A stretch of 64,000 nucleotides of DNA from positions 357,306,001-357,370,000 of the forward strand of contig OZ024741.1 in NCBI GenBank assembly GCA_964016885.1, written 5' to 3'. The notes beneath the pieces are model-generated. The model did not search any database, was not told the origin of the DNA, and worked only from the letters and a program-made list of their open reading frames with translations. This document shows, piece after piece, positions 25,901 to 40,900 of the stretch. Numbering within the stretch: the first letter of the stretch is position 1; each line of letters begins with the position of its first letter. The DNA comes from Eledone cirrhosa (taxonomy: Eukaryota). Position numbers and translations under genes: made by a program.

Positions 25901-28900
25901 TGAGTGGAATTTGCTAGATGGAACCTGTAGAAGTCTGTTGTGTGTGTGTGTACATGCGTGCATGTGTAAGTGAGTGTCTGTGTCTATGTCTAAGTGTGTG
26001 TCTGAATCTGAATTAATGTCTTGTAACTTAGCAGTTAGACAAAAAAGCGATTGATAAAGCATGTACAAGTACCAGAATTGGAAACAAAAAAAATACTAGG
26101 GTTAACATGATTGATTAAATTAAGGCAGTGCCCCAGAGTCTAATGACTGAAACCAGTAAAAAATAAAGCAATGACTCACCTGCCCAGGTAATCATGTGCC
26201 ACATTCAGCAACATCAGTGATGAGCTCATAGAATTATCTAAGAGTTCACTCTCAGATTTATTAGCTGTTTGAGTTGAGTGAAGTTTAGATTCTTCACTGT
26301 AAAGTAAATAATTAAATGAACATTAATAAAACAAAATAGCATTATCAAATATTCCATAAAAACATTAGTGTGTGTGTGTGGAGCAGGGGAGAACATTTGT
26401 ACAAATGATTCAGAAACTAAATTAGTTTGAAAATGTGAGAATCCCAAACATAGAAAGTAACTGCAGTAACAGTCAATAACTATAGATAATAGCTGAGAAA
26501 ATTGGGTAAATTACCTTTAGAAACAGAAAAAAGTGGACAGAGGTGCGTAAGAGGAATTGAACACCAAATCTCTTGAATAGTGCATGATAAATAGCTTTAG
26601 AACTAAGACGATTCTTCAAATCTATGATTCATGATGTAAATTTATTCTGTTTCAGGATAAATGGTTTTAGCACTAAGGAGATATTTCAAAAGGATGAAAT
26701 TTACTTGTAAAAGTAAAACTTTACTCAAGAAACATAATAAATCATCAACATCGCTTTTACGTCTGTTTTTCTACACTTGCATGGGTTGGATGGGTCCTTT
26801 TCAGCACAGCATCTCTCCACTTATCGCATTTGTTCGTCATCTCCTCTGTGAGTCTCAGTGATTTGCGATCACTCTCACTACCTCCACCAAGGTGTTCCTT
26901 GGTCTACATGTACTGTGGAGTCCTTCCACTTCTTCACCCAGTAATTATCACACATACATGACCACACCAATGCAGTCTTCTCTCTTGCACACTACTTCAG
27001 ATTCCTCTTAAATCCAGTTTCTCCTTCAGTTCATCCAAGATCTGCCTTTCTCTCATGTTTACATTGCACATTCAACGAAGCATGGTAACTTCATTTCTCT
27101 ATAGCCTATGCATGTCCTCAGCAGCCACTGCCCATGTTTCACTATCATGCAACATACACAGGTGGCGTACAACCACCCTTTTGTATGTAGGGAGAAATCT
27201 TTTGTTGTCAGCAGTAGTAGCTCTCTAAACTTCTTACATTCTATCCTTATTCTAGCTTGTTTGCTCTCAGAGTACCCTGCTATGTTGCTAATTAGTTTAC
27301 CTAGATAGCAGAAGCTATCAACCATTTCTATGGATCCTTCCTGTGATTGAAAAATGTTTATATCACTGCTCTTCCCTTTGATTACCCCTGTGCATCTTCT
27401 ACATACAAAATTTTCCAACCCTCTACCGATACAGCCAATCCACTGCCTACATAATAATGAAATACATTGCCTGTCTGTTTTAATTAATTTTGAAAAATTT
27501 GGAAGAATTTAAAAAAAAAAATAGTAATTTTATATAACGAAGTGTTACAAAATACAAATCATGTTAATTTAAAATAAGTATTGTTAAAAGCACTAACTTT
27601 CTGATAATGTGATACAACAATTTCCATGGTAAAACCGTAGGAATAGGCATATCACTAGCATACTCTGGTACATCAACTGAATCTGAAATCACTCTAATTA
27701 GATTCTTAGCAATTCGAAGTGTACAGGCTGGACTTAGCTCTTTCAAGCTAGCTGGTTCATTCAGAATAGCTCTACAAAATAAAACATCAATAGAATATAC
27801 AGAAAAGGGGTTTGTAAAAGACAACATGAATTGAACCGAGAGAGAGAGAGAGAGAAGCAAAGAAAACAAAACAAGTGATAGAACACCTTAACAACACAAC
27901 TCTATATAGTAAGGTTAGCAATAGCATCACATTATCATCAGTTTTACGTCCGTTCTTCCACGCTAGCATGGGTTAGACGGGTTGTCTTGTTGAGGGCAGT
28001 GTCTGGTTGGCTGACCTTGTCTTGCTCATACGGGAACTGATTCTGGCTTGATTTCTACAGCTGATAGCCTTTCCTAACACCAACCCCATTTACAGTGAGT
28101 GCTGGGTGCTTTTTTTCCATGGCACCTCCACGACCACTTTGCAGTGGAATGATAGGGACCCCAATCCTATCATCTCATTTCTACAGCTGAGTAAACTGGA
28201 GCAATGTGAAATAAAGTGTCTTGCTCAACCAAACCATATCTATAACTGTTGAAGCCTCTTTAGTAGAATAAAACACATCTTCATCAGCAGAAACATCTTA
28301 TCAAAACACATGAAACATAAGCCAACTTAAAAATTAGACCCATTGATTCTGGTATAAATGGTCTTTTTTTATAAAATTTCCTGACTTCTGAAACCTCTCC
28401 TTCACACTTTTCCCAGGCATGTAGACAGCTCACAAGAAGTAGTTAACAGACTAAAAGAACTTGACTCCCACCACACTTGGACAGAATAGATACCCTTTTA
28501 GTTTTTACATAGTTTCCCTCTACACCCCTGTCCCCAACTCCCCAGTGATCAACTGATTTAGGAACAACATCACCGCCTCTACCGACATCAATTGTTTTTG
28601 GCACAGTGCTGTTGATATCTGCGAACTGCTCTCTATCGTCATGTGCAATATTCCAGTTTGAGGGCTCCCTATATGAAAAAAATCTCAGAACTTCTGATGG
28701 GATCAAGTCTTTCAGGCCAGCTGACCATCTTGTACATAGACCAGTTGGAGCATACAGCACTCACCACCTGCCACTCTTGCTTCTTCTCCAGGTATGTGGA
28801 TGATTTCCTTATGCTCACTTCATCACGTGAAGAAGCCATCAAGATCTACATCTTTGGAATCATTGCTGCACACATAAAAGTTGACATTCAACATCCAGAT

Positions 28901-31900
28901 AGCACTGGATCCCTCTCTCTACTCGACTTTATACTAAGAGTCACAGAAGAAGGATCCATATACACCAAAATTTAAAGGAAGGATGCTTGCAGAGGTAATT
29001 TTTGATGCCCTTCCATACAGAGCCATCAAAATGATCTATGTATGGAACGAGATCGCCTGGATACACAACAGATGCAACAAGGGTAGACAGACATACCGGC
29101 ATGGTGGAATCCCAGAGAGTTCTCACCCAAAACGGCTTCCCTACTTCTCTCACCAAACACCAAATTGCCTAGGCAGTAACATGTAAAAGAACAAGGAGGA
29201 CATGTGCTCGTCAGGATAATATATGTTACCTCAAGCTGCCACATTTCAATGAGAAGACGACAGCTGCCATTAGACAAGCCAGGGAGGGACTGAATATACA
29301 GCTGGCACACTTGGGACCCTCAGAGAAGAGACTGCTCCATAGACACCAACCCACATATAGCGATATCCACACACTTCCTAATTGTCCCATCAACAATGCA
29401 GAAGTATGCATGAGAGTATATGTGGTTTATAAGATCACGTGCAAAAAATGTAGCTGCTCATACATCAGAAGTACCATAAGGAGGCTACACACACAGATCA
29501 TGGAGCATGTGACAATGAGAGCCTCTTCCATTAAAAACATCTTGACAAATGCCACAGCCAAGACATTGAGGTCACCATAGAGGCAACTGAAAAGAATATG
29601 GGAAATTTAAAGATTAAGGAAGTCTTTTTCATCAGCCGAATAAAACCAGAGTTAAATAATAGGTCAGGAATGCACGAGGTGGAATGGTTACTATAGCAAC
29701 CCAACGCATGCACATGCATTTTACAAACATAGACCAGTTACAGAAGAAAACTTTGATCATTCATTTGTATTGTCTTGGACTGTTTCAGTTTCGCATCTGA
29801 AAAGAGGGTAACAGCCCTGAAATATCATATTGAAATACACTGGGTAAAACCTCACTGTTTTGTTTCATTTGTCATCATTTGCCCTTTGTATTTTTTTTAC
29901 TGCATTGTACTGGCTTTTAAAAAAATGTATTGCTCTTTTACTACACATATATTCTGCTTTAGTGTTATGGAACAAAGTCTGTAAAACGCTAACTGTTAGA
30001 ATATCAACTCAAAAAATGCATAGTAAAGAGAACAGCATAGAAAAAAAAATACGAACTCATCAAGTCCAGTGAAAAGCTGAATCATAATAGCAATCCATTC
30101 ATCTTTAATGGTATGATTGTTACTTTCTCTGTACATCTGCAAACTTTCATTGAATATGACTTCACCCCATAAAACATATTTCTGAAAACAAAACAAAACA
30201 AAAAAAACAACATTTATAACCATATATCAAATATACATATGTATGTCCCTGTAATTCCTGATAGAGTTGTAGAGGTACTATTGTGACATATGGTATGTCT
30301 CAGGTATTTAAAACCTGTTGAAGACTCTCCTTCTTCAGATTTGAACACAGCTGATTTCTTCCAAAAACACAGAGAGAGAGAGAGTGTGTGTAATAGAGAG
30401 AATGAAAGAAAGATATATGGAGGAAGAAACAACTTTTTTTGTCAACCTTGAAAGGGTGAAAGGCAAAGTTGGTCTCAGTGGGATTTGAACTCAGAGAGTG
30501 CAGTGAGTAGGAATGAATATCGCAAAGTATTCTATCCGATGTTCTAATGACCTTACCAATTCATAATCTTATTAAATCCCTGCAAATTCTTGATTATTTA
30601 AAAAAGGATTTGGAAATCAATGACAGCAACTTTCATTAGAAATATGGTAACAAAAGTAGTCTTGTATACAAAAGAAACAACTTCTTATGATAAAAATACT
30701 GTAGCTGTCATCATTGTTCTAATGTCTGTTTTACCATGCTGACAGAGTTGGCTGGCTCTACAGTATAGTCTATTGCCACTAATATCAAATACAATGATAA
30801 CTTACCTGGGGGTCATTTAATTTTGATAAAGAATCCAGCATTAACTGTAACTGAGCTCGTCTATCAGGAATTGCTATACCTGCCTCTAAAAGCTGTGAAA
30901 ATACAAAGAAAAAAAGAAAAGAAAAGAATTTATAATTTAAAACAAGAAACACAAAATTATACACATATACGTTTATGAAGCCTAGGGCTGTGTACTGGCT
31001 ATACCAATCTTAACAATATGGGAGGACATGCACACTGCCTTGATGAATTTATGTAAAAGAATATGAGCATTTCAACCATGTGATATACTTTATCCAGAAA
31101 TAGAATGTAATTTCCTCTAGAAGAGTTTGAACATATCACACCACACTCCCCTAACACATTACTAAATCCCTCCAAATTCTTGATTATTTTCAAAAGTATT
31201 TGAAAATTAGAGGTAGTGTCTTTTATTAAAAATAGTAACAAAAAGGTTAAAAAATATTTCAAAAGAAACTTACTTCAGCTGAAGTTGTAACAACTACATT
31301 TTTCTTTGGTTTGTGAAGAGGATCTGAAAATGTTAACTTTAATAGATCCACTACTTCAGCATATTCTTCCAATTCATACAATTTCTGGGTTTTCTCAAGT
31401 GACTGGCAACGTTTCAATAAATCTTGTTGTTTCTTAATTTTCTCTGAAACAATAAATATTTCTCTATCAAGAATGATCAGGTGAATTAAAGATCATTATA
31501 AAAACATCATCATTATCATTTCCATTTTACATCCATTTTCTAGAATGTTTGAGACCAGTCAGGCTAGAGTGACCTCATCTTGCTCTTACAGCTAGATGCC
31601 CTTTCTAACACCAACCACTTTACATGATGTACTGGATGTGTTTTTGTTTTTTTTGTGGCACTCGCACTACCACTTTACAGGATTAACTGTGTGTATTTTA
31701 TTGTGGTGCCAGTCCCATCACTTTACAGGAAGGACTGGATGTGTTTTAACCATTTTACTTATAACCAAGCAATGGTTATCAATTTTGGACTTATAACCTC
31801 TATTCAAGACAAGTTGTTGGATTAAATGCCTTGTTATTTGTTGTGTCAAATCCTGCCAAGATCAACTTTGCCTTTCATCATTTCATTGTTAACGTGTCAG

Positions 31901-34900
31901 TCAGGATGTTTTAGGGTAAATGTCTGCACATTCTAAGTTCAAATTCTGCCTCTTGAAATGGCTTTGGTGATTGTTAACTTACCTACTGAAATGATATCAT
32001 CCATGTGGCAGTTAGGTAGATGAACATTCGATATTGATAGGTTCTCCTCAGCATATTTTAGAAACTGTAGAGTCTAAGTAAAAAGAAGAAAAAAACATTG
32101 TGAATACATATCTGATGAACTAATTGACAATACCCCCTCACCCCAAAGTATGTTTCAGGCTTGTGCCTGTCCCAGTTTCCTTGATGATATATGACTGAGA
32201 GAGCAAGACCTTCCTCAGGGAGGGACTCCAGTCCATCCCAGTGTTAACATCCAGGTGCTGATGGTACTCATTTCCTTTTCAAACTCACTTCATAATCATG
32301 AGCTAAACATTTTAACCACAAGACCATGTGCCTTTTGAATGACAATATCATCTTTGCTTTACATCCATTTTCCCTGCTGGCATGGGTTGTAGTGGGGTCG
32401 TCACATTCTGAGACTAAGTAAGTTAGCAAACTGCACTTTGCTTATACCTAATACTTTAGTATGGTTCCTATGGATAAATGCCATTCCTAATGACAACCAT
32501 TTTATATCATGTACTGGTTGCATTTTACACCAACGCTACCATTTTCAGTTTTGGGTTGGGTGCATTTTATCATGGCACCAGCACTATTGTATTGCAGGAT
32601 TTATCAGGCACATTGTACTGTGACATCAACACTAAGGCAATTGTTGTACTCTCAACTAGACAGGACTTACTGATGGGAGTGGAGGGTGATGAAGATGAGA
32701 GCATGGTGAAACTGGCACTGTGGGGCACATAACAATGGCTACTTGCCAAAGGGGAAGGAGAGTTACAATAGTAACTAAACATTTTTTAACTACTTTTCTC
32801 CTACTATATAACCACAAAGGGAAGCTTTAATTTAACATTTGTTTTCTCAAATTAGTATGTCTCTCTAACTGATTAAACACAAACACACCTATAACTGTCC
32901 TGGTTCAATGATATTGAACTATTTATTTTAAAGAGTTTATATTCATCTAAAACCCTTCCATCTTAATTTTAAGGAAGACCCTTTTGTTGTGTTCTAAACA
33001 CCAACTAAGGAACTTATTTATATTAAATTCCTCCAAATTTTTGATTATTTCCAAAATTCTCTGAAAATCATAGACAGTGTTTTTCATTAACCCTTTCGAT
33101 ACCAACCTGCCTGTTTCTATGGAACAAAACCATCCATTTAAAAGGTTCCTATTTAAATCAAAATCTTCCAATAATCTTAAATAAGTACTTTTTGTTATAT
33201 TACAAATGCTGTCATAATAATTGAAATGATTTTAATATATACCTCCAAATTTATCATTAATTCAAAAATAATGAGAAGGAAAGGGTAAAACATTGCCAAT
33301 GAAAATGTTTATTGGCTTCTGGTAATTTAAAACACAAACTTGAGTGCTGTATATACTTATCTGCCTATCAAACTGAAGTACATAGATAAAGACTTCAATT
33401 TATTATAAATAGATTTGTTCGGACTAGTGTCCTTATCTTGGTTGTTAGAGTCACATTTCAGTTGCTGTACTCAAATCATGGGAGTATATTGTTCTCATTC
33501 CATTGTCTGGGATATCATCACTGTTTAAGGTCTATTTTTCATGTTTGAATGGGTTAGACCGGCTGTCACATTATGAGACCAGACAAGTCAGGTGACTACA
33601 TCTTCCTCTTATAATAATAATGAAATTATTGTGTACAGTGCTCAGATGCACTACAACTCATCAAAAGTGCATGTATAGTACATAGAATAATGTACAAATG
33701 TCAGGAAAGTGAACAGTGTATGAGTCATGATATACATGTGTGCTTACTTGTGATGTTGCTTGCTTTTTCAGCTTAAATTAGTCTCTATAGATATGGTAAT
33801 CCATGGATGGAACTTATGACTGGAAAGTAGAGTAGTGAACTTAACACTCAGCCAATGATTATACTGAATAAGCTATTGTCTCATTGTGATTACAACTAAG
33901 GTGAGGACACTCATCATCATCATCATCATTAACCTTTGTTTTTCATACTGGCATGAGTTGAATTGGTTGTTACATTGGGGCTACTGTGCTTCCAGATGGA
34001 TTGGGTGACTACATTGGAACGATCTCTGCAGATGGATATCCTTCCTAATGCTACCCACTATGCAGAGTGCACTGGGTGTATTTTATTGTGGCACTAGCAC
34101 TAGAAAATTTATCATGTTCTTGATGTGGTCCAAATAATTCAATTTATTGTTCACAACTTGAAAGATCAAGACAACTCACCTTATCAAAGTAATCAAATGC
34201 TTCATCTATTTCTCCTAGTAGCGTACAGAACCGTGCTTTAAGCCAGAATGCTAAATGACAAAAAATTAGAGACATAAGTATTTTTAGTTAACCACACAAC
34301 TATCAGATATCACATATATAGCAGCCAATTCTCAAATCAGACAAAAGAAACAGCTTCCATAGTCTTTTTATTACTAACACTATCTGTTAGTTGCAACGCT
34401 TAGCAGAAGTGTTAACACTTTTCTGATACCTTAACTATTCCACCAATCTACTGCCCATAGACTGGTATGTTATTTATCAACCTCCAAAAGATGAAAGTCA
34501 AAGTATACCTACATAAATATTTGTATTAGTTAAAACAGCTTTAGTTTTGTCCCGTCCCCCCTCCATATTGGTTCATTCCATCCAACTTAATGCAGTAAAC
34601 ATAGTATAATTTATTCTTTTTCTTTTTGTCATTCATAAATGAAGGTTTCCCATGTATTAGTTTGGTTAGCTTGCAGAGCCTATGTTGCTCAAAGATGAGC
34701 TTCTAGTGACTTACAACAATTGAACTGATTGCCATTTGTAGTCATTTCATTGAAATTCTATTGTTAGTGATACTTAGATGAGATATCAACTGTGCAGTTT
34801 AAACCTTGCTCTTCCAAAAATCTAAGATTTCATGCTTACTTAAGGAAGGCCACAAGAAACCACTCCAATATATGATTTCTATAAATGCCAAGAAGCTAAA

Positions 34901-37900
34901 CAATATATGAAAGCAAAGCAAATGATTGAAACATAGTAGACAGATTTTTGTTTTTACTTGGTGGTTCTAGAGAAAGGGGCAGTGCCCATTGCCTTCAGTG
35001 ACTGGAAAGATCAAAGCTGTTGATGATCTGTTTAAACTGTGGCAGGTCCACTCATTTGGGAAAGACATGAGCAAGCAGAGAATTACAGATGGCTGACATT
35101 ATAAGTAGAAAGGACCAGTCACTGTGGTTAGTACAATGACTGGATAAAATATGAAAAACAATTAAATCAAATGAAAATTCAAACACAAGTTACAAACCTC
35201 GAATGCTGTACTCTGCCCAAAATTCTCCCAATATATTTGAAAAACCAACTAATCCCAAAATATGCCAAACATCTTCGACATAGAATTTTCCAGGGAAATC
35301 TGGTTCAAGCTGGCTCAGTGAAAAGTTATGCACATTTCTTTAAAAAAAACAAAAAAAAACAACTTAATATAATTTAAAGTGTTCTAAATTAAGAATATAC
35401 ATAAATTCTGGCTTTATCATCATCATCATTTACATTCATTTTTCTAAATTGACATGGGTTGGATGGATTATTACAGATGACAGTACTTTATTGGAGCTAC
35501 TGACTGGACTAAATGTCACTTTACAGAGTGTACTAGGTGAATTTTATTGTAGCACCAGAACTAGAAAGGTTTTCTTGTACACAACGTGATTGAAGAGACC
35601 CATCCGCACTTTGTTTGGTATGCTCTTCCTAATGCCAGCCACCAGAGTATCTATATATTTCAATGTCATACTCATACAGCAATCAGTTGAAAGAATAATT
35701 ATTGACATACAAAATGTTTAATAATTTTTTAGGGTATTTTTTTTTTTTTACAAAATATGAAAAGTAACAATGTCATTGAAAAACCAGCAAACTACTCCAT
35801 AAAAAAAACTCTCAATAGACTAATGAAAAAAAAATGAAATTAGTTTTATAAATAAATGCTTGTCTTATGGGTTTGTGTGATAAATTGTTTTGATAAGCTA
35901 GTAATGTCAGTGAAACTTGGAAGTAAGCAGTCCTATAAATAACAAATATCATATAAATAGCAAAGTTTATTTAGAAGTAAATATTAAATGGATCACAAAA
36001 ATATACCTATTTGAGGAATTCATAGGAGCCTTAAGTTTTGCTTTTTTCATCAACCACTGGTCTAATTTCAGTTCAGCCCATACAAGCACCATCTGAAAAT
36101 TGAAGCAAGAAATGTGTTGACTATTAGAGTATTGTTCAAATTCAAGTTATGGATATTTCTCGTGAATTTCTAAATTAACCCTTTAGTATTTAAACCAGCT
36201 GTATCCAGCCAGATTTCTTTCACCTCTTTCTGTTCAAACTGGTAACTGGCCACTGACGTTAAGGTATTGTTCTCAAAATATATAACATCAAAATCTCATA
36301 GATTCAACATTATGTGAGATAAAGCCTTTACCACAAAAATACAATAGTATACATATAGTAATGTAAATGCATTATGAAAGTGGCATTCTACTCATCCAAC
36401 ACTCACATACACAAAAACTGTTAAATGTACTTTACATTTATAACATACTTTTTGGTGGTGTCAAAATTTGCAACTCCACTATGTCAATGACCAGATTACA
36501 ATGAGTGTAAAGAAAATTTTGACACCAAGAAATAAATGATAGGTGTAAAATGAATTTAACATTTTTTGAATGGTTAAAATAACTCTCTTATGATGTAAAA
36601 GGCACATGCCTTCCTAATAGCAACCATTTTTCAGAGTGTTCAAGACACATTTTATCATAGTGTGGGCACAAGGGAGTTTGTTATGTTGTTGACTTGACTG
36701 AAGAGCACTTCCTACCCTTTATTGTTACCAGTTGTATTTATTATTAGAAAATAATACAGCAAAAGTGAGCACACCACTGTATATATGCTTTTCATAACTA
36801 CAGTGACTAGGCCACAAGCTTAGAGCAAATCACTTGCCAAACAAATCCCTATCATTAATTCTTTTGATACCATCCTCTGGTTCTATGAAACCAAATTACA
36901 CATTTTAAGGGGTTCCTAATCAAATTAAAACCTTCCAACATAATTTTATATAAGAACCATTTGTTAAATTTGCTTACAAATACCACCTTCGTAATAAAAT
37001 AATGAACAATTTTAATAAATCCGTCCAAATTAATTAATTAATTAATTAAAATACAGTGTATTTCATTAGAAATATGGTAATAAAATAGTTAAAACAGTGA
37101 AGAATCCAACCACTGGCAAGGCCAGCCAAAAATACACAAGTGACAATGACAAATAAATGCAACCCAAAAATATGAAATAAGTACTTTTTAAAAACTTACT
37201 TTGCCCATTTCTAAAACATAATCTTCAGGTTCATCTGGGCTAAAAAATATATAAATAACTCCTGTTTATTAATCACATAAGAGCATTCAAATACAATTTA
37301 TATTCAAACAAGATTATACACACACACACACACACAGACAGACACACAATATATATATATAATCACTTTATAATTAAGGTATTTTTATCAGTACAGCTAA
37401 GACTGAATGTAGCATGTATGTACATGTAGCTGTCTACATGCGCATACATAATATGTATTTTTTAATGAGTTGACGTTTTAAGGCCATTTTCCCTGCCGAA
37501 ACAGGTTAGCCATCTTGGCCCCATGATAGACTTTAATCATTATGGTATCCTTCCTGATACCAACCTTTTATATTTTGATCTGTGCAAGAATGCAACATGT
37601 ATGTGCATATAACCATTTATAATGCAGAAAAGTGTTTTTAAAGTTTTGAAATTTGCTATGCTTGTGAGGCAGATTCAAAACAAACATATCACTAATAAAG
37701 AAATAAATATACTGTTTGCTTAATAGTGACATTCTATATTTTCATTAATACTGATATTGGCCAGCATTAATTGCTATTTAAGAATAATTTCTAACATAAC
37801 AAACATTTAAAGCTAATTTTCCATGCTAAAGCAGGCCCCATGACAGGTTTCTCCCGTTTTCCCTATCCTCCACACTAACCACCTGGCTAAACATAGCTTG

Positions 37901-40900
37901 ATATAGAATATTAATATTATACTTCTTCATAAATCTAGTAAAACTGCTACACCACAACAGCAGGCCTGCATCTTCTGCAGTTAATGAGCTACTCACCCCA
38001 CCCCATCACATAATTCAATAGCTGCCTACATTCAAGACCTATGTATGTCAAGGACTTTACAGGATAATGTCAGGTTCTCTAGTGGTTTTAGGTGATCCAG
38101 TTTTGTGGAACAAAATATTAAGAGTTGAATTTTAAAAAAAACAAAAAAACAACACCTTCTTGGAATAGATCCATATAAGAATAGCATAAAAATAGTCCCT
38201 CTTTAGCTTTTCATATCTTTGATCAGTCAGCTGATAAGAAAGAAATTTGGTAAAAAAATAAATCACAAAAGAAAAACCATTCAAAGATATCTTACCATAA
38301 ATAAGAAGGTAATTTCAAATGATTCCTCACTGCAGAATATACTCTTAAGAGTATGTCTACCAAATTATCAGACCTGTTTATAAAAAAAAAAAAAAAAAAT
38401 TACATGAAGCCAAATAGAGAGTTTTCAGATAACATTATAATCATTTTTACGTCTGTTTTTTTTTCCATGCTTTCATAGGTTGGGATGGAACTTTTTGAGG
38501 ACTGTTTTCTGTGGTTGAATGCATGCATTTCCTGATGCTAACTCATACTTTATTTTAAATATGGTATATTCTAATTTTATTAGAATTTGCCTATGAGCAA
38601 TAGTTGAATTTATTTCCTTGATACTCTCTCTTTTATCAGGTTCTATCAAGTATATTCATTTAAAAAAACAACATATTAATCAATTTGACAAAGTGAAGGC
38701 ATGTAACCTAATAGTTAGGGTCTGCGTTCATGATCCTACAGACTCAGGTGACCTATCAGGTAACCTCATTAAGTTATAATCTGTCTTACACATGCAAGCA
38801 TAGAAAATTGATGTTAAACAGTAATGATGATGATGATTCATACATATAAACATATATGACAGAGCCGACAGAGCATTGGGGTATTCTAGAAGGTAGTATG
38901 TTAAGCAACTGAGAGTACAGGACTGGATGGGAAGCCAGTCTGTCATAAGGCTAGCCCCAGCTGCTGCTGTTGGTATTCATTTTCAGCTGAGAGAACAGGA
39001 GCTATAACAGACTGGCTTCCCATCCAGTCCTGTACTCAGATGCTTCTGTACCACCTTCTAGAACACCCCAAAGTTCTGTCAGTTCCACCATATATTTTTA
39101 TATATATGTATCATCATTATCATTACTGTTTAACATCGATTTTCTATGCTTGCATGGGTAAGACAGATTGTAACTTTGTGAAGTTTAGATAGGTCAGGTG
39201 ATCATGCTTAGCTTATATTTCCTGTTTTTAGCTTGGTTTTCTAAGGCTAGATGCTCTTCCTAATGCCAACCACTTTATAGCTTGTAAGGGGAGCATTTTT
39301 CATGGCACCAGCATTTGTGGTCGTATTGGGGTAGAACAACAATGTTATTGTTAAATTGATATTTGTAGAAACAGCATAACTTTGTGAATATATAGAATTT
39401 AAAGTTAATACATAATCAATTGAAATCCACTGGTGTTTTGGTGTTTCATTGGGGAAATGGCACACAAACATGCATATAGTTTTTGTCTGTTTAATTTCAC
39501 TAACAAGGATTTGATAAACCTGAAGTTATGGTAGAAAATATTTGCCCAAGATGTCAAACAGTGCAATCAAACCTGAACACATGATTGGAAAGAAAATTTC
39601 TAAACTATACAACCTGACCTACCTATTTATACAATTGCTTTCAAGTTAGTCACAGCTAAAGAATCTGCATATTAAATTGATGTAATTAAAGATTAATTTA
39701 TGGTGAAGCATAGAAAGGTTTGCTTGACACAAAATATTTCTTACCATTTTAAATGTCCTACATCTGCTAACTGAACTAAATATGTACCCATGAGATCAAT
39801 GATACCACCATTTTCTAAACAGTCTTTCAAGAATTTCTTCACAAGTTGCTCTTCAGTTTCAAAAACCAGAGGAGTAGATGATTCACTGCTACCAGCTATG
39901 AAATAACAAAAATGTTTTGTTTATTTCTTTGAATATTACACAAAAATTATCAGGCCATTTTTCCTGCTAAAGCCTGGCAGGCTCCACAATAAGCTTCATA
40001 CTCATTATGGGGCCATTTTGAAGCAATATTTTATGGCCAAATGCCCTTCCTGACACCAACACTTTTAGTTGCCTCTTATGACTGAATCAATTTTATAAAA
40101 TATAGGGTGATAGAAAAACAATAGTAAAAGAATCTGGTCCATATCATTTAGTTGGCATCACATGTTCATGTCCCACCTCAGCTGAATTTGCCTTTCTTTT
40201 CTTACATATTGTTCAAATAAATTATATGTTTGGGTTAACTCAACCAACAACTGTATAGTCAAATGGAAGTGATACATGGACACTCACAAAACGAACAAAA
40301 AAAAAGTCTTGATGGTTGCTACAAAAAGATGCTCCATAAGGCTCTTGAAGTGGTAGTGGCATATGACAAATCAATACCTCTATAGAAATTACCCAAAAGC
40401 AAGTGTCCTTCCTGGTGCTAATTCTTTTAAAATATAGACATGAGTTCCACAATTTTTGGAAAATTGTATAAAGGTTCCATAACAAAATAAGTTTAGATGC
40501 CACAGCTCAACAGGTAATGGAACATACAGACAATAATGGTTTCTAAGTTTGGTACAAGACCAGCAATTTGGGGGAATGGGAGTCATTATATCAACCCCAG
40601 TATTGACTGGTACTTTATTTTATTAAACCATGTAGGACGAAAAGCAAAGTTGGCCTTGATGGGACTTGATCTCAGAACATAGAGGACAAATGTATAACTT
40701 TTATTTAAAAAAATAGGCATCTACTGAATTATATAGTGGGCTCAGATCTTATGGTCACTCAACCCTCCACTCAAATTAAAAAAAAAACTCATATGATCAA
40801 GACCCCTTTAAAATGTGCCTATGTAACTCGATGTTTTAGAGAAGGCATAACGTGAAGTTCTCTGGAGGTTGAGAAAGCTCAAGAAAAGAATGATATTGAG

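Noticed and set aside
26515-26621. Possible extra minus-strand exon (tag acceptor, AAG|gtaatt donor) in intron 25
   Set aside because: Hits a stop in the CABIN1 phase, has a poor polypyrimidine tract, and exons 25-26 join cleanly without it; could only be a poison exon.
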